Assembly: GCA_040389905.1 (NCBI GenBank)
Contig: JAZJZK010000008.1
Location: forward strand, 160,001-224,000
Direction of reading: 5' to 3'
From: Gemmatimonadota bacterium
Lineage (GTDB): Bacteria > Gemmatimonadota > Gemmatimonadetes > Gemmatimonadales > Gemmatimonadaceae
Length of the DNA: 64,000 nt
Position 1 is the first letter of the stretch; every line of letters begins with the position of its first letter. The translations under genes and the position numbers were made by a program. Shown here piece by piece: positions 28,238 through 39,205 of the stretch. The notes below the pieces were generated by a model that saw only the letters and a list, made by a program, of their open reading frames with translations, had not been told where the DNA came from and searched no databases.

Positions 28238-30582
28238 TCACGCCGACGCGAACGGCTCGCGCGCGCTCACGCTCGTGTCGAGCAGGTGGCGAATCATCAT
28301 GACGAGCGAGGCAGCACGGTACGGCTTCTGGATGAATGCCACGTGCCCGCCGGCCGCACCGCGATGCGCGGCGACTTCTTCGCTGTAGCCACTGGTCAGC
28401 AGTACCGGCAGCGACGGCGTCAGGCGTCGTATCTCGCGGAGCGTCGCCTCGCCATTCATGCGCGGCATCACCATGTCGAGCAGGACAAGCGAGACCTTGG
28501 GCCCCAATTCGGTCAGGAGCTGAATTGCCTCGACGCCATCCACGGCAGCTCGCACCGTGAAGCCGGCGCGCGAAATGATGCGCGTCGCCAGGTTCCGAAC
28601 GGCTGCATCGTCGTCGACGACGAGGATGAGCGCGCCGGCCTCTCCTTCGAGGCGACGATCCACGGGTGCGACGCCCGGCGGATGCAGTACCGCGTCGTCG
28701 GCGAGGGTGGGCAGGTAGAGCCGGAATGTGCTGCCGATCCCGAGCTCGCTCTGAACGTCGATCGCACCGCCGTGGCCGCGTAGGACGCCAAGGACGGACG
28801 CGAGCCCGAGGCCGCGGCCGACGAATTTGGTAGTGAAGAACGGATCGAAGATTCGTGCCTGTGTTTCGGCGCTCATGCCGCTGCCGTTATCGCTGACTTC
28901 GACCACGGCATACGTGCCCCGCAGAAGCGCTTGCTGACCGAACGGCAAGGCGTGCGCGTCACCATCGACGCGCATCACTTTGGTGCGGATGCCGATCACG
29001 CCGCCGGACTCGGCGAGCGCATCGACGGCGTTGGTGATGAGATTGCTGAGGACCTGCCGCATCTGCGCGGCGTCCGCCTCCACGAAGGGCAGGTAGGGCG
29101 CCAACACGACATCAAAACGTCCCTTCCCGGCAACAACGGTGCGCTGCCGCTCGACCATGTCGAGCACAAGCGCGGTCACATCGAGGGGCTCGACTTCGAA
29201 GCGTCCCTGACCGGCGTACGCCAACATCTGTCGCGTGAGCTCGGCGGCGCGAATTGCCGACTGCTCGATCTCCGTAACGGACGCCGACGCGGATGATCCC
29301 TCCGGCAACTCCGATCGCGCGAGTTCGGCATTACCGAGGATGACGGCAAGCAGGTTGTTGAAATCGTGCGCGATGCCTCCGGCGAGCACACCGAGACTCT
29401 CCAGCTTCTGAACCTGTTGGCGCCGCGCTTCGGCGTTGCTCCGTTCACTCTCCTGACGCTTGCGCTCCGTGACGTCGCGCGCCGTTCCCGTCGTCCCCAC
29501 GACACGTCGTGCGCGTCGAAGATCGGCGTCACGGCAGTCTCCATCACCCTCCGGATGCCGTCGAGTACGAGCTCGTGCTCCAGCGTGCGCGGCTCGCGGG
29601 CGTTCTCCACCTCTCGTTCCTGCGCGTGCATCCGCTCGACTTCGTCAGCGCTCAGGAGATGATCGTCCGTCTTTCCTTCGATGTCTGCCATCGGCAACCC
29701 GACGAACCGCGCGAACGCCGCGTTCACAGCGATGTACTGCCCGTCGATGTCCTTGATCCACATGGCATCGGAGCTGTTGTCGAGGATCGCGCGCTGTTGG
29801 CGGAAGCTCTCCACCAGTGCCTGGCTGCTCTCCACGAGTGCCAATTCCGACTGCTTGAGTCGTACGAGCTGTGCTTCCAGCAACCGCTGGTCCTGACTGA
29901 GCAGCAGCTTTTGCCATGCGTCGCCCAACGTCTGTTTCCTCAGCAGCAACGCCCAGTAGCCGCACAAAGCGACGTGGACCAACGCGATGCCGAAATGAAA
30001 AAACAACTTGCTGAATCCGACATGCGCTTCTGGAAAGAAATGCACGGGCATGCCCGCGTTGTGCAGCGCCGCAAACAGCGTGTGTTGGAAGATGATGAGG
30101 ATGGCGCCGGGCCACATGCAGACCCAGTCCTGGTACACGATCATCATCGTGAATGCCGTGAAGTACCAGAAGTGCTGTTCGCTCTGCCCGTAGAGCTGGT
30201 AGATGTGAAGCGCAACAAAGGCCTGTTGCGCGACACCCGCATATGCCCGGGTGAAAAAAGTGCGCGGCAGCAGCCATGCGCTCAGGGTGAATGAGCCGAG
30301 GGCCGCGCCACTGACGGCGAGCGTTGCGAGCCAGGTGCCGTGGAACAGCGCGAGTGCCAGCGCCAGCACTGTGTGGCTGACGAGAAACCAGAACATCAAC
30401 CGGTCGCCGCGGGCGTAGATCCCGCGCATGAGCTCCCGCTCATCGCCCGGAGTGAACCCGTGCGAACTCGTCGGCCGCAATCCCTCGAGGTGCGTGAGGG
30501 TAAGCTCCGGCTGCTGAACCGACGCCGTCACGTACGAATTCCTGGGCGGTCTTTCGCTGGCGTTGTTATCGTGGACATTCAA
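28238..30582 (-). pseudogene. Membrane sensor-PAS-HisKA-HATPase-REC hybrid kinase split by a 1-nt frameshift near 29508 (pseudogene or sequencing error)
   Basis: ORF 29176-30582 carries the TM and PAS domains up to TPIFDAH; ORF 28238-29500 continues RVVGTTGTARDVTERK...AHDFNN...FFTTK...LLDMVMP. Confidence 0.85.
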
Positions 30583-30705
30583 TCACGAGTGCACAGAGCT
30601 GGTGTCCACAACGAAGGTGGAATTGGTCTCGTCGAATGAATATGCAAGAAGACGACAAACTACGACGCGCGGCTTAGCGAGCGCCAGTAGAGAGAGGCGG
30701 AAGAG

Positions 30706-32133
30706 ATGATCACATCACCATCGTCCGATCTGGTTCAGGCCGAGGCGCGCGTCGAAGCACGCAGCGCGACGCTCAAGAAGGAACTCGGCGTCCGCGACCT
30801 GGCGCTTACCCAGATCCTCTTCATCGTCGGCCTTACGTGGATCGGGGTCGCCGGCAAGCTCGGGACAGCGAACGTCGTGTTCTGGCTGTTGGCCCTCGTG
30901 CTTTTCTATCTGCCGTCGGCCGCCGTGGTGATGTATCTCAACACGCTGATGCCGCTCGAGGGCGGACTCTACCAATGGGCGAAGCTGGGTTTCAACCAGA
31001 CCATCGGGTTCATGGTCGCATGGAATCTGTGGCTCTTCGTCATCGTCTTCACGTCGGAAATTGGTTTGACAGCGGCGACGTACCTCTCGTACGCACTGGG
31101 CCCGAGTGCCGCCTGGATGACGAAGAGCACGTGGTTCGTCGCGTTGGCCACCGCGGCAATTCTCTCGATGATGGTCATCGCGGCCACGATCGGGCTCTCC
31201 GTGGGCAAATGGGTGCATAACGCAGGTGGCGCCATGGTCCTCACGATTTTCGGAACCTTGCTCCTCTTGCCGGCGCTCGGCGTGTTGACCGGCACCCTCA
31301 AGGAGTACCATCCGTTTCGAACGAGCGTGCCATCGCTGTCGCTGTACAACCTGAACATCCTCGGCAAGATGGGGTTTGGTGCCCTCGGTGGATTCGAGTA
31401 CATCGCCATACTCGCCGGGGAGACGCGGTCGCCGGCGCGATCGGTGGGGCGTTCGGTCCTGATCGCGGCGCCGATCATCGCGCTGATGTTCGTGCTGGGC
31501 ACGAGCACCGTCGTCGCCTACATCCCGACGAACGACATCGACCTCGTGGGGCCGCTGCCGCAGGTTTTGCGTGCCGGCTTCGGGCCATTCGGCGTCGCCG
31601 GCCCACTCGTCACGATCGCGATCCTGATGACACTGGCGACGCGCATTGCGCAGGCCAGCGTGAGCTTCACCGCGGTGACGCGACTGCCGATGGTTGCCGG
31701 CTGGGACGACATGCTGCCAGCATGGTTCAGTCGGCTGCACGGCCGCTATCAGACGCCGGTCAACTCGATCATGCTCGTCGGCGCATGCGCATTCGGCCTC
31801 GCGTTGCTCAGCACAGTGGGTGTCGGCCAGGCTGAAGCGTTCCAACTGCTCTTCAACGCGAGCGGCATGTTCTACGCGCTGACGTATGTCGTGATGTTCG
31901 CGATTCCGATTGTCGGGCTGCGCGGTGTCTCGCCCCGCCCACCCCTTTGGCTGAGAGGCGCGGCAGTGTCGGGACTGATGATGACGCTGCTGTACATCGG
32001 CCTGTCCGTATTCCCCATCATCAGGGTGGAAAGCGTCGCGGGCTTCGCCCTCAAGATCTCTCTCGTGATCGTGGCGATGAATCTGGTGGGTATTGCCATC
32101 CTCCGAGCGGCGCGCCGCCGGATCTCACTGTAG
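30706..32133 (+). CDS. APC-family amino acid permease
   Basis: LKKELG..DL, PLEGGLYQW, GFEYIAILAGE and LPAWFSRLH.RY.TP motifs; about 12 TM segments. Confidence 0.9.
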   Translation: MITSPSSDLVQAEARVEARSATLKKELGVRDLALTQILFIVGLTWIGVAGKLGTANVVFWLLALVLFYLPSAAVVMYLNTLMPLEGGLYQWAKLGFNQTIGFMVAWNLWLFVIVFTSEIGLTAATYLSYALGPSAAWMTKSTWFVALATAAILSMMVIAATIGLSVGKWVHNAGGAMVLTIFGTLLLLPALGVLTGTLKEYHPFRTSVPSLSLYNLNILGKMGFGALGGFEYIAILAGETRSPARSVGRSVLIAAPIIALMFVLGTSTVVAYIPTNDIDLVGPLPQVLRAGFGPFGVAGPLVTIAILMTLATRIAQASVSFTAVTRLPMVAGWDDMLPAWFSRLHGRYQTPVNSIMLVGACAFGLALLSTVGVGQAEAFQLLFNASGMFYALTYVVMFAIPIVGLRGVSPRPPLWLRGAAVSGLMMTLLYIGLSVFPIIRVESVAGFALKISLVIVAMNLVGIAILRAARRRISL

Positions 32134-32154
32134 CGCGAGCAGTCATAGCCGACT

Positions 32155-32634
32155 CTATTCGCCGATGTCCTCGTTCCAGAGCGCGGGATGCTGGGCAATG
32201 AAGTCTGTCATGAGGCTGATGCAGCGTTCGTCCTGAAGGATTTGTACGTGCACACCGCGTGACCGCAGCAGCTCTTCATCTCCCTGAAATGTCACGTTCT
32301 CGCCAACGATGACGTGCGCAATTCCGTAGAGGAGAATTGCTCCCGTACACATCGGGCACGGCGAGAGCGTCGTGTAGAGCGTACACTCGCGGTAGACGGA
32401 TGCGCTCTGACGCCCGGCGTTTTCGAGCGCATCCATCTCGCCGTGGAGTACGACGCTGCCCTGTTGCACGCGCTTGTTGTGTCCGCGCCCGAGAATACGC
32501 CCCTTGTGCACCAGCACGGAGCCGATCGGAATGCCGCCCTCGCTGACGCCCTGAATGGCTTCGTCGATCGCGGCCTGTAGGAAAGGCGCGCTGACCGGCG
32601 GGTGCACGCTGGATGAGTCACGATGATCAGTCAT
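32155..32634 (-). CDS. Zn-dependent nucleoside/cytosine deaminase (small Fcy1-like type)
   Basis: EGGIPIGSVL, GHN.RVQ, HGEMDALE and SPCPMC motifs. Confidence 0.9.
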   Translation of the reverse strand: MTDHRDSSSVHPPVSAPFLQAAIDEAIQGVSEGGIPIGSVLVHKGRILGRGHNKRVQQGSVVLHGEMDALENAGRQSASVYRECTLYTTLSPCPMCTGAILLYGIAHVIVGENVTFQGDEELLRSRGVHVQILQDERCISLMTDFIAQHPALWNEDIGE

Positions 32635-32703
32635 GGGCGCAATGTATTGTGGCTGCGTCGTTCTGTATCTTGGGTGATGTACCCCTGCGAGGCGATCGTC
32701 GCA

Positions 32704-34137
32704 ATGCGCATCTGGCTGCTCACTCTCGTTTTCTTGCAAGCCCCCCTGGCCTCGGCGCAAAGCCCTGCGACACAGCGTGCGGCTCCATCCGCAAGCATCA
32801 CCGGTGTCGTTTACGATAGCATTGCACGTAAACCCCTGGCTAGCGCGACCGTGCAACTCGCCGGAATGACCGGTTCGCCACGTTTCGGTGGTGCGACCAT
32901 GTCCGATTCCTTGGGGCGTTTCACCTTTGCGAACGTGCCCGACGGCCGGTACACGCTCGGCTTCATCCATCCGGTCCTCGACTCACTCGGGTTGGAACCG
33001 ATCGTGCGAGAGTTCTCGGTGCAGGATCACGCGGCCGTGCGGGCTGACCTGAGCGTCCCCTCTGCGGCGCGCCTTCGCGCGGCCATCTGTGGTCCGGCGT
33101 CATCGGAGTCTGGCGCCGCGCTGGTTGGCATCGTCCGGGATGCCAAGGACGGTTCTCCGTTGCCCGGTGTTGCTGTCACGGGAGAGTGGGTCGAGCTGAC
33201 CTTCACGCCGAGCGGGCTTGTCCGCCGCGTTCCCCGCATGACCAGCACCACGGGAGAGAATGGCTGGTTTGCGATCTGCAACGTTCCGCGACCAGGGTCA
33301 ACGGCCATCACCGCCACTCGCGGCGCCGACAGTACGGACCGCATCGACGTGGAAGTGACGGGCGAGGAATTGGTACGGAGCGAGTTGTATCTCGGTCCGT
33401 CACGCACCCGCGTCGTCGGGGATACCACGACGCGCGCCGATACCGGTGCGCCGGCGCCCCGCCACCTGCGCGTTGGGGACGGGCGTCTGAGTGGCACCGT
33501 GGTCGCCGCCGTGGGCGGAGCGCCACTGACGAACGCCCAGGTCAGCATCGTCGACGGTCCGCAGGCGCGCGCGAACGCTCGCGGGGAGTGGACGATCGCG
33601 GACGCCCCCGCAGGCACTCGGCTACTCGAGGTGCGCGCCGTCGGCTACTACCCCGTACGCCGCCGCGTTGATGTCATCGCGGGTGCGGCTCCCCTGCGCT
33701 TTGCGCTGTCGACGTTCAAGGCGGTGCTCGACACCGTGCGCGTGACGGCACAGCGCAACGTCAATACAGAGTTCGCGGGTTTCGAACAGCGGCGTCGCAG
33801 TAACGGCTCGGGTCGGTTCCTCACGTCGGACGACATCGCGCGGCGCGGCGCGATCTTCACATCCGACATCTTCAAGACAGTCCCCGGACTGAAGGTCTGG
33901 CGCGACAGCCTCGGCGAGAATGCCATCCTTATGCGCAGTGCCTTTGGCGACCCCTGTAGCCCGTCGATCTACGTGGACGGGCACGTCGTTCCGGGGATGT
34001 CCGGAGGCGATCTCGATGCGATCGCGGAGCCCAAGCGCGTCGCTGGTATCGAGGTCTATGACGAAGCCAATGTTCCGCCGCTGTATACGACAGGAATGAC
34101 CGGCTGCGGCAGCATTGTCATCTGGCTCAAGCCCTAA
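32704..34137 (+). CDS. Secreted protein with three carboxypeptidase-regulatory-like domains and a C-terminal TonB-plug-like domain
   Basis: Signal peptide; three G.V.D...PL..A.V repeats; C-terminal GFEQRRR...C.PSIYVDG...IEVY...CGSIVIWLK. Confidence 0.8.
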   Translation: MRIWLLTLVFLQAPLASAQSPATQRAAPSASITGVVYDSIARKPLASATVQLAGMTGSPRFGGATMSDSLGRFTFANVPDGRYTLGFIHPVLDSLGLEPIVREFSVQDHAAVRADLSVPSAARLRAAICGPASSESGAALVGIVRDAKDGSPLPGVAVTGEWVELTFTPSGLVRRVPRMTSTTGENGWFAICNVPRPGSTAITATRGADSTDRIDVEVTGEELVRSELYLGPSRTRVVGDTTTRADTGAPAPRHLRVGDGRLSGTVVAAVGGAPLTNAQVSIVDGPQARANARGEWTIADAPAGTRLLEVRAVGYYPVRRRVDVIAGAAPLRFALSTFKAVLDTVRVTAQRNVNTEFAGFEQRRRSNGSGRFLTSDDIARRGAIFTSDIFKTVPGLKVWRDSLGENAILMRSAFGDPCSPSIYVDGHVVPGMSGGDLDAIAEPKRVAGIEVYDEANVPPLYTTGMTGCGSIVIWLKP

Positions 34138-34228
34138 CGACGCACTTTGCGACGCCCGAACTCCACTGTCGGCGGCAACGCGAAGCGGAGCACGGCGCTG
34201 CCGCGTGGCAAGGAGAATGAGTTGCCCG

Positions 34229-35098
34229 TCACGCTCGAGTCACGGCGATGTACAGGGCGTCATGGAAATTCCTGCCGGTTACGCGATGCACGCCTCGCAT
34301 GAAATGGTAATAGCCGCGGTGCACCCACCGTGACCAGCCAGCGTCGACAAAACACGGATCGAGATCTTCGCGAACAACGCCGAGCCCCTTGCCCTCGAGC
34401 CAGCGGCGCATCGTCGCGGCGGAGAAATGCAGAAGATGAATTTCGGGAAGCGTGCCGTCCAATGTCACTTTCGGAAGGCCGTACGCCCCCAGCCGTGGAA
34501 CCGTTCGCGAACCCAACCGCACGAGGACGGAGTTGAGCATCCGCCGGAGGTAGGCGTGAAGTTCGTTCGGCACCGCGATCACGAGAACGCCATCCGGCTT
34601 GAGCAGGCGCACGCAGTGATCGATCACGGTATTGGGGTCGTGGACGTGCTCCAACACGTGGGTGATGGTGATGAGATCGAAACGTCGCGTGCCAAAATCA
34701 AGGTGCTCGATCGGTCCCTTCATGATGTCCAGTCCATACTCATCATGGGCCAACGCGCACGCTGACTCAGACACCTCGGTGCCGGTCACCTGATAGTGCG
34801 CGGACGCCAATGCCAGGAATTGCCCGATGCCCGTGCCGACGTCGAGCAGCTCCCCCGAGCTCTTCAAGTGGCGGATCATGCGAAGGCGCCGATGCCACAT
34901 TCGGTCGCGGCCATTCCTGTCCGCGAGCCATGTGTCATACTTACCTTCCCGCGAGTAGTAGCGAACGATCTCGTCGCGCGTCGGTCGTGGATTCGCGAAC
35001 ACGAGCCTACAGTCGCGACAGCGACAAATATTGGTCGTGGCATCTGCCACGACGAGCGCAGGGCTGAGGCAAAGCGGGCACTGTGTGAGCGATTCCAT
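34229..35098 (-). CDS. Class I SAM-dependent methyltransferase with N-terminal Cys4 Zn motif
   Basis: CPLC...CRDC, LLDVGTGIG, FDLITITHVLEH and LKPDGVLVIAVPN motifs. Confidence 0.9.
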   Translation of the reverse strand: MESLTQCPLCLSPALVVADATTNICRCRDCRLVFANPRPTRDEIVRYYSREGKYDTWLADRNGRDRMWHRRLRMIRHLKSSGELLDVGTGIGQFLALASAHYQVTGTEVSESACALAHDEYGLDIMKGPIEHLDFGTRRFDLITITHVLEHVHDPNTVIDHCVRLLKPDGVLVIAVPNELHAYLRRMLNSVLVRLGSRTVPRLGAYGLPKVTLDGTLPEIHLLHFSAATMRRWLEGKGLGVVREDLDPCFVDAGWSRWVHRGYYHFMRGVHRVTGRNFHDALYIAVTRA

Positions 35099-35146
35099 GG
35101 GCGCGAGCTGGACTGTTCGCTGCGGACCTCCATCTTACGGAGCGGA

Positions 35147-36313
35147 ATGACGCAAATACAGGAGCGGTCCAGACCAAGACGGCGGCTGAAGATCGCACTC
35201 GATCTCACCTGTTTGCTGCCGGTGGAAACCGGTGTCGACCGCTTCGTGCTGAACCTCATCGGAGGGTTGAGCAGCTCCGAGACTGATAACGACTACGTCG
35301 TAGTCCTCAATCGCGGCGATGAAGAGCGGTTGCCGCCCGTAGACTCGGCTCGTTGGACCATCGTACCAGTCGACGCACGAAACCGGGCGAGTCGGCTGTT
35401 CTACCAACAGGCGTGGATCGCACGTCGCGCTCGGCGGGAAGGTGCGAATCTCCTGCATTCCCTCTCATTTCTGGCACCGTTGCGTTCGCGTGGCTTGAAA
35501 CAGCTGCTCACCGTCCACGACATGACCTTCTTTACGCGCCCGGAGCTGCACACGCGACTGCATCGCAGCGTGCCGTTTCGGTGGCTGGTGTCGCGCAGCA
35601 TCGACGCGGTGGATCATGTCATGGTTCCGACGCGCAGCGTGCGCGAAGATCTGCTGCGCTTGCATCCAGGGCGAGCGTCATCGACCGTGAGCGTGAACGC
35701 GCACGGTGTCGACCCGAGATTCGTCCCTGCATCGGCCGCAGATGTGCGTCGAACGCTCGACCGGCTGCGGTTGCCGAGTGACTACATTCTTTTCGTCGGA
35801 ACCCTGGGGCCGCGAAAGAACCTCGATCGGCTCGTGGAGGCGTGCAAGCAGTTATGGCGCGATGGGTTCGCACACGATCTTGTACTGGCGGGCCAATGGG
35901 GTGACGGTATGGACAGCCTGCGGCGGGCAATCGGTGACCCTCGGTATTCCGGACGCGTCCACACAACGGGTTACCTCTCGCAGGCCGACCTCGCGCATGT
36001 CTACGCTGGCGCGCGAGTCTTTACCTTTCCGTCGCTCGACGAAGGATTCGGCCTTCCTCCACTGGAGGCGATGGCGATCGGAGTGCCCGTCATCGCGGCG
36101 AACTGCTCCGCGTTGAGCGAAGTGTACGGCTCGACCGCGGTAATGGTCGACGCTGACAACAGCGGTGAACTGGCTGCGGCAATCCAACGCCTGTCAATTG
36201 ATGAGGGCCTTCGCGCGCAGAAGACGCGGCTCGGAGCGGCGCTGGCGTCCGAGTTGTCCTGGCAGCGGACCGCGCGGAGGACACTCGACACATACGAGGC
36301 GATCTGTGAGTGA
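35147..36313 (+). CDS. Glycosyltransferase family 4 (GT-B)
   Basis: TVHD, LFVGTLGPRKN and FPSLDEGFGLPPLEAMA motifs; start at MTQIQ. Confidence 0.9.
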   Translation: MTQIQERSRPRRRLKIALDLTCLLPVETGVDRFVLNLIGGLSSSETDNDYVVVLNRGDEERLPPVDSARWTIVPVDARNRASRLFYQQAWIARRARREGANLLHSLSFLAPLRSRGLKQLLTVHDMTFFTRPELHTRLHRSVPFRWLVSRSIDAVDHVMVPTRSVREDLLRLHPGRASSTVSVNAHGVDPRFVPASAADVRRTLDRLRLPSDYILFVGTLGPRKNLDRLVEACKQLWRDGFAHDLVLAGQWGDGMDSLRRAIGDPRYSGRVHTTGYLSQADLAHVYAGARVFTFPSLDEGFGLPPLEAMAIGVPVIAANCSALSEVYGSTAVMVDADNSGELAAAIQRLSIDEGLRAQKTRLGAALASELSWQRTARRTLDTYEAICE

Positions 36314-37226
36314 GCCCGGAGCCGATTTCGCCGCAGGTCCCGAACTGTCGATTGTCATCGCCTCGGTGGCGCCGTGGCCGGCGCTTCGCGTTGCGCTCGA
36401 TTCCCTGCGCGACCAGGTCGCGGGACGCAACATCGAAGTGCTCGTCGGATGTGCGCACGCGCAGGCACTCGACCAACAGTACGCCGAGTCGTTCCAGGGG
36501 TTGACGCAGTTCCACGAGCCGGGCGCGTCTGTGTTCTGGCTGCGAACCGAAGGCATCTCGCGCGCCCGGGGTTCCATCATCGCAATCACCGAAGACCACT
36601 GCGTGGCCGCTCCAGACTGGTGCGAGCAGATTCTGGCAGCGCATGCGCGTCATCCCGAATTCTCGTTCATCGGTGGAAGCCTCGACAATGGGTCGCCCGA
36701 TACGCTGATTGATTGGGCGAACTATTTCGTCGGCAATCCGCGCTTCATGCCCCCTGTGCACCGTGGAGAAGCCACGTCGCTGGCGATGCAAGCGAACGTC
36801 GCGTTCAAGGCGCGGGCGAAGCCACCCGTCGGATCGGCGCTGGGTAACATGGAGTTTCTTCTGGTGGACGGGCTGGCCAAGAAGGGCGAGCGATTCTATC
36901 TCGAACCATCCATTCGCGTATTGCACCAACAGTCGCATGGCTTCTGGAACACCTTCATCATCCATTTTCATTCAGGCCGCTCCATTGCCGGTTTTCGCCG
37001 CGAGATGCTCTCGCCGGTTCAGCGTGTCGCACGTGTGGCGACCACGCCGATCCTTCCGGTGTGGTTGGTGTCTCGAGCGTGGGGCTACGTGATTCAAAAA
37101 CGGCGTCGGCGGCTGTTGGCGCTTGCCGCGACACCGTTCATGATCGGGATTGGACTCTGCCATGCTGTCGGCGAAGTATCCGGATACCTGCTCGGTCCGG
37201 GAGACAGTCCATCACGGATACCCTGA
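36310..37226 (+). CDS. Glycosyltransferase family 2-like (GT-A)
   Basis: LSIVI, R..GISRARGSIIAITEDH; C-terminal hydrophobic helices; GTGA overlap. Confidence 0.8.
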
Positions 37227-38350
37227 ACATCTCCGCCCTGCATCGCGTCGGACGCCGCCTCGTTTCGCCGAGCGTGCGTTGGGCGATCTTCTCCACCGTT
37301 CTGCGTTTCAGGCCTATCCGGCCTGGCGGCGCGCCAGATCTGCCCGACGCGCCGATTTTCGTCGCGGGATTCTTCTCTCGCATCTCGGGCGTCGCGAGCA
37401 TGGCACGGCTCATCGCCGACGACCACGAACGGGCAGGCCGACGCGTGATCCGCATCGATCTTGGTGCCGTGCTGGACCACGGCCGGCCCCTTCCCGAGGC
37501 GCCGCCGAGCCGAACACCTGGCGGCGTGCGCAGCGATGGTGCGTTGCGCGGCGCGGGGACGGTCTTTGTCGTCATGGACGCACCGTATTCTCCACTCCCA
37601 CTCTGGCTCTTGGGAGCCGCCGTCCGCCGTGGAAAGCGGCTCATTGCACTCTGGTTTTGGGAGTTGGAGGATATGCCTTCATCGTGGCGCTGGAGCGCGC
37701 GTTGCTTCGACGAGATCCAAACGTTCAGCGAATTCAATTTCGAAGCGGCGCGCAAGCTCACGCATCGCGCCCGCCTGATGCCGGTGCCGCGTGTACCTCC
37801 CGCTCCGCGCAGGAGGCGATTCGCAGAAGACACGCTCCGCGTGCTGTCACTGTTCAACATGTCCGCCAACTTCGCGCGCAAGAACCCGGAGGGCGCCATC
37901 GCCGCCTTTCAGCGCGCATTCGGCGCGAGCGACCGGCATCAACTCGTGCTCAAGGTGACCGAGGGTGATCTCTTCCCAGAAGGACTGGATCGGCTGCGCG
38001 ATGCAGCGGCAGGCGCGCCCAATATCGAGCTCATTGAAGATGCGTGCTCCGAACAGGAAATGTTCGAGATGTTCGAGCGCGCCGACGTCTATCTCTCTCT
38101 GCATCGGTCAGAGGGACTCGGCGAGCCGCTCCTTCGTGCGGTCGGGCTCGGGATGCACGTCGTAGCGACGGGATGGTCGGGCAACGTCGACTTCATGCGA
38201 GGGCGCGACCGGTGCGCGCTCGTTCCATTCACACTCGTGCCGGTGGATGATCCGCAGCGCATGTATCCAACGTCCAGCCGTTGGGCCGAGCCGGACATCG
38301 ACGCGGCTGCTGACATCCTGCGCCGGATTGCCGAAGAGCACCGAGCTTGA
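37223..38350 (+). CDS. Glycosyltransferase family 4 (GT-B); start uncertain (CTG 37223 or GTG 37274)
   Basis: WFWELE, RKNP, YLSLHRSEGLG, ATGWSGNVDF and WAEPD motifs. Confidence 0.85.
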   Translation: MNISALHRVGRRLVSPSVRWAIFSTVLRFRPIRPGGAPDLPDAPIFVAGFFSRISGVASMARLIADDHERAGRRVIRIDLGAVLDHGRPLPEAPPSRTPGGVRSDGALRGAGTVFVVMDAPYSPLPLWLLGAAVRRGKRLIALWFWELEDMPSSWRWSARCFDEIQTFSEFNFEAARKLTHRARLMPVPRVPPAPRRRRFAEDTLRVLSLFNMSANFARKNPEGAIAAFQRAFGASDRHQLVLKVTEGDLFPEGLDRLRDAAAGAPNIELIEDACSEQEMFEMFERADVYLSLHRSEGLGEPLLRAVGLGMHVVATGWSGNVDFMRGRDRCALVPFTLVPVDDPQRMYPTSSRWAEPDIDAAADILRRIAEEHRA

Positions 38351-38383
38351 CCGCTGGCGCGACGCGGGGCAGCATTCCATGCA

Positions 38384-39205
38384 ATGGCAACGCGCTTCCG
38401 GGTTCTCACGCTTTTGCTGGTTGTGGCAAGCCTCGCCGCGACGTCGTCCGCAACCGCTCAACGCCGTGGATTCGGCGGCGCGTGCAGCTATAGCTACGAC
38501 GCGCAGAACTACTTCGTCTCGCCCTTTTTCCGTGGCAACCCTGGCTACGACGGGCGCGTGACCTTTGCGCGTATCAAGTATCAGGGATCGTACGAATGTG
38601 GCGGCGAAGGGCCAGGATGGTCGCACGACTATCCGCGCACGGAGGCGAACTTCATGCGCATCGTCCGCGAGCTGACGTCGATGCGGCCCTTCATCGAGCG
38701 CGGGCCGATCGTCGGAAGCGCGCTGGTCCGGCTCGACGACCCTGAGATCTTCTCGTATCCGATCGCGTATCTCTCCGAGCCGGGCGGCTGGATGATGAGC
38801 GACGCTGAGATCCGCGGGCTTCAGCGGTACATCAAGCAGGGCGGCTTCATCATCTTCGACGACATCGAGGGCGACCCGAATCCGGATTACCGCAATCTCA
38901 TTGCGCAGTGGCGTCGCGCATTTCCGAATTCGGTGCCGGTGAAGCTCACGAACGAGCACCCGATCTTCAACACGTTTTTTGCCGTGGACCTGTCGAAGAT
39001 CCCGAGCAAGGCCCGCCGCGTGCCTGCGGAATACATGGGGATCTTCGAGGACAACGATCCGAAGAAGCGGATGGTTGCCATCATCGATAACTACGCCGAT
39101 ATCGGCGAGTACATCGAGTTCTCGGATGAGGGGTTCAACATGGTCCCGGCGAACGAGGCCTACAAGTTGTGGGTCAACTACTTCGTCTACGCGTTGACGC
39201 ACTGA
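38384..39205 (+). CDS. DUF4159-family exported protein
   Basis: Signal peptide; FARIKY...W.HDYP..E.N; YP.AYLSEPG; GGFIIFDD; C-terminal VNYFVYALTH. Confidence 0.82.
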   Translation: MATRFRVLTLLLVVASLAATSSATAQRRGFGGACSYSYDAQNYFVSPFFRGNPGYDGRVTFARIKYQGSYECGGEGPGWSHDYPRTEANFMRIVRELTSMRPFIERGPIVGSALVRLDDPEIFSYPIAYLSEPGGWMMSDAEIRGLQRYIKQGGFIIFDDIEGDPNPDYRNLIAQWRRAFPNSVPVKLTNEHPIFNTFFAVDLSKIPSKARRVPAEYMGIFEDNDPKKRMVAIIDNYADIGEYIEFSDEGFNMVPANEAYKLWVNYFVYALTH

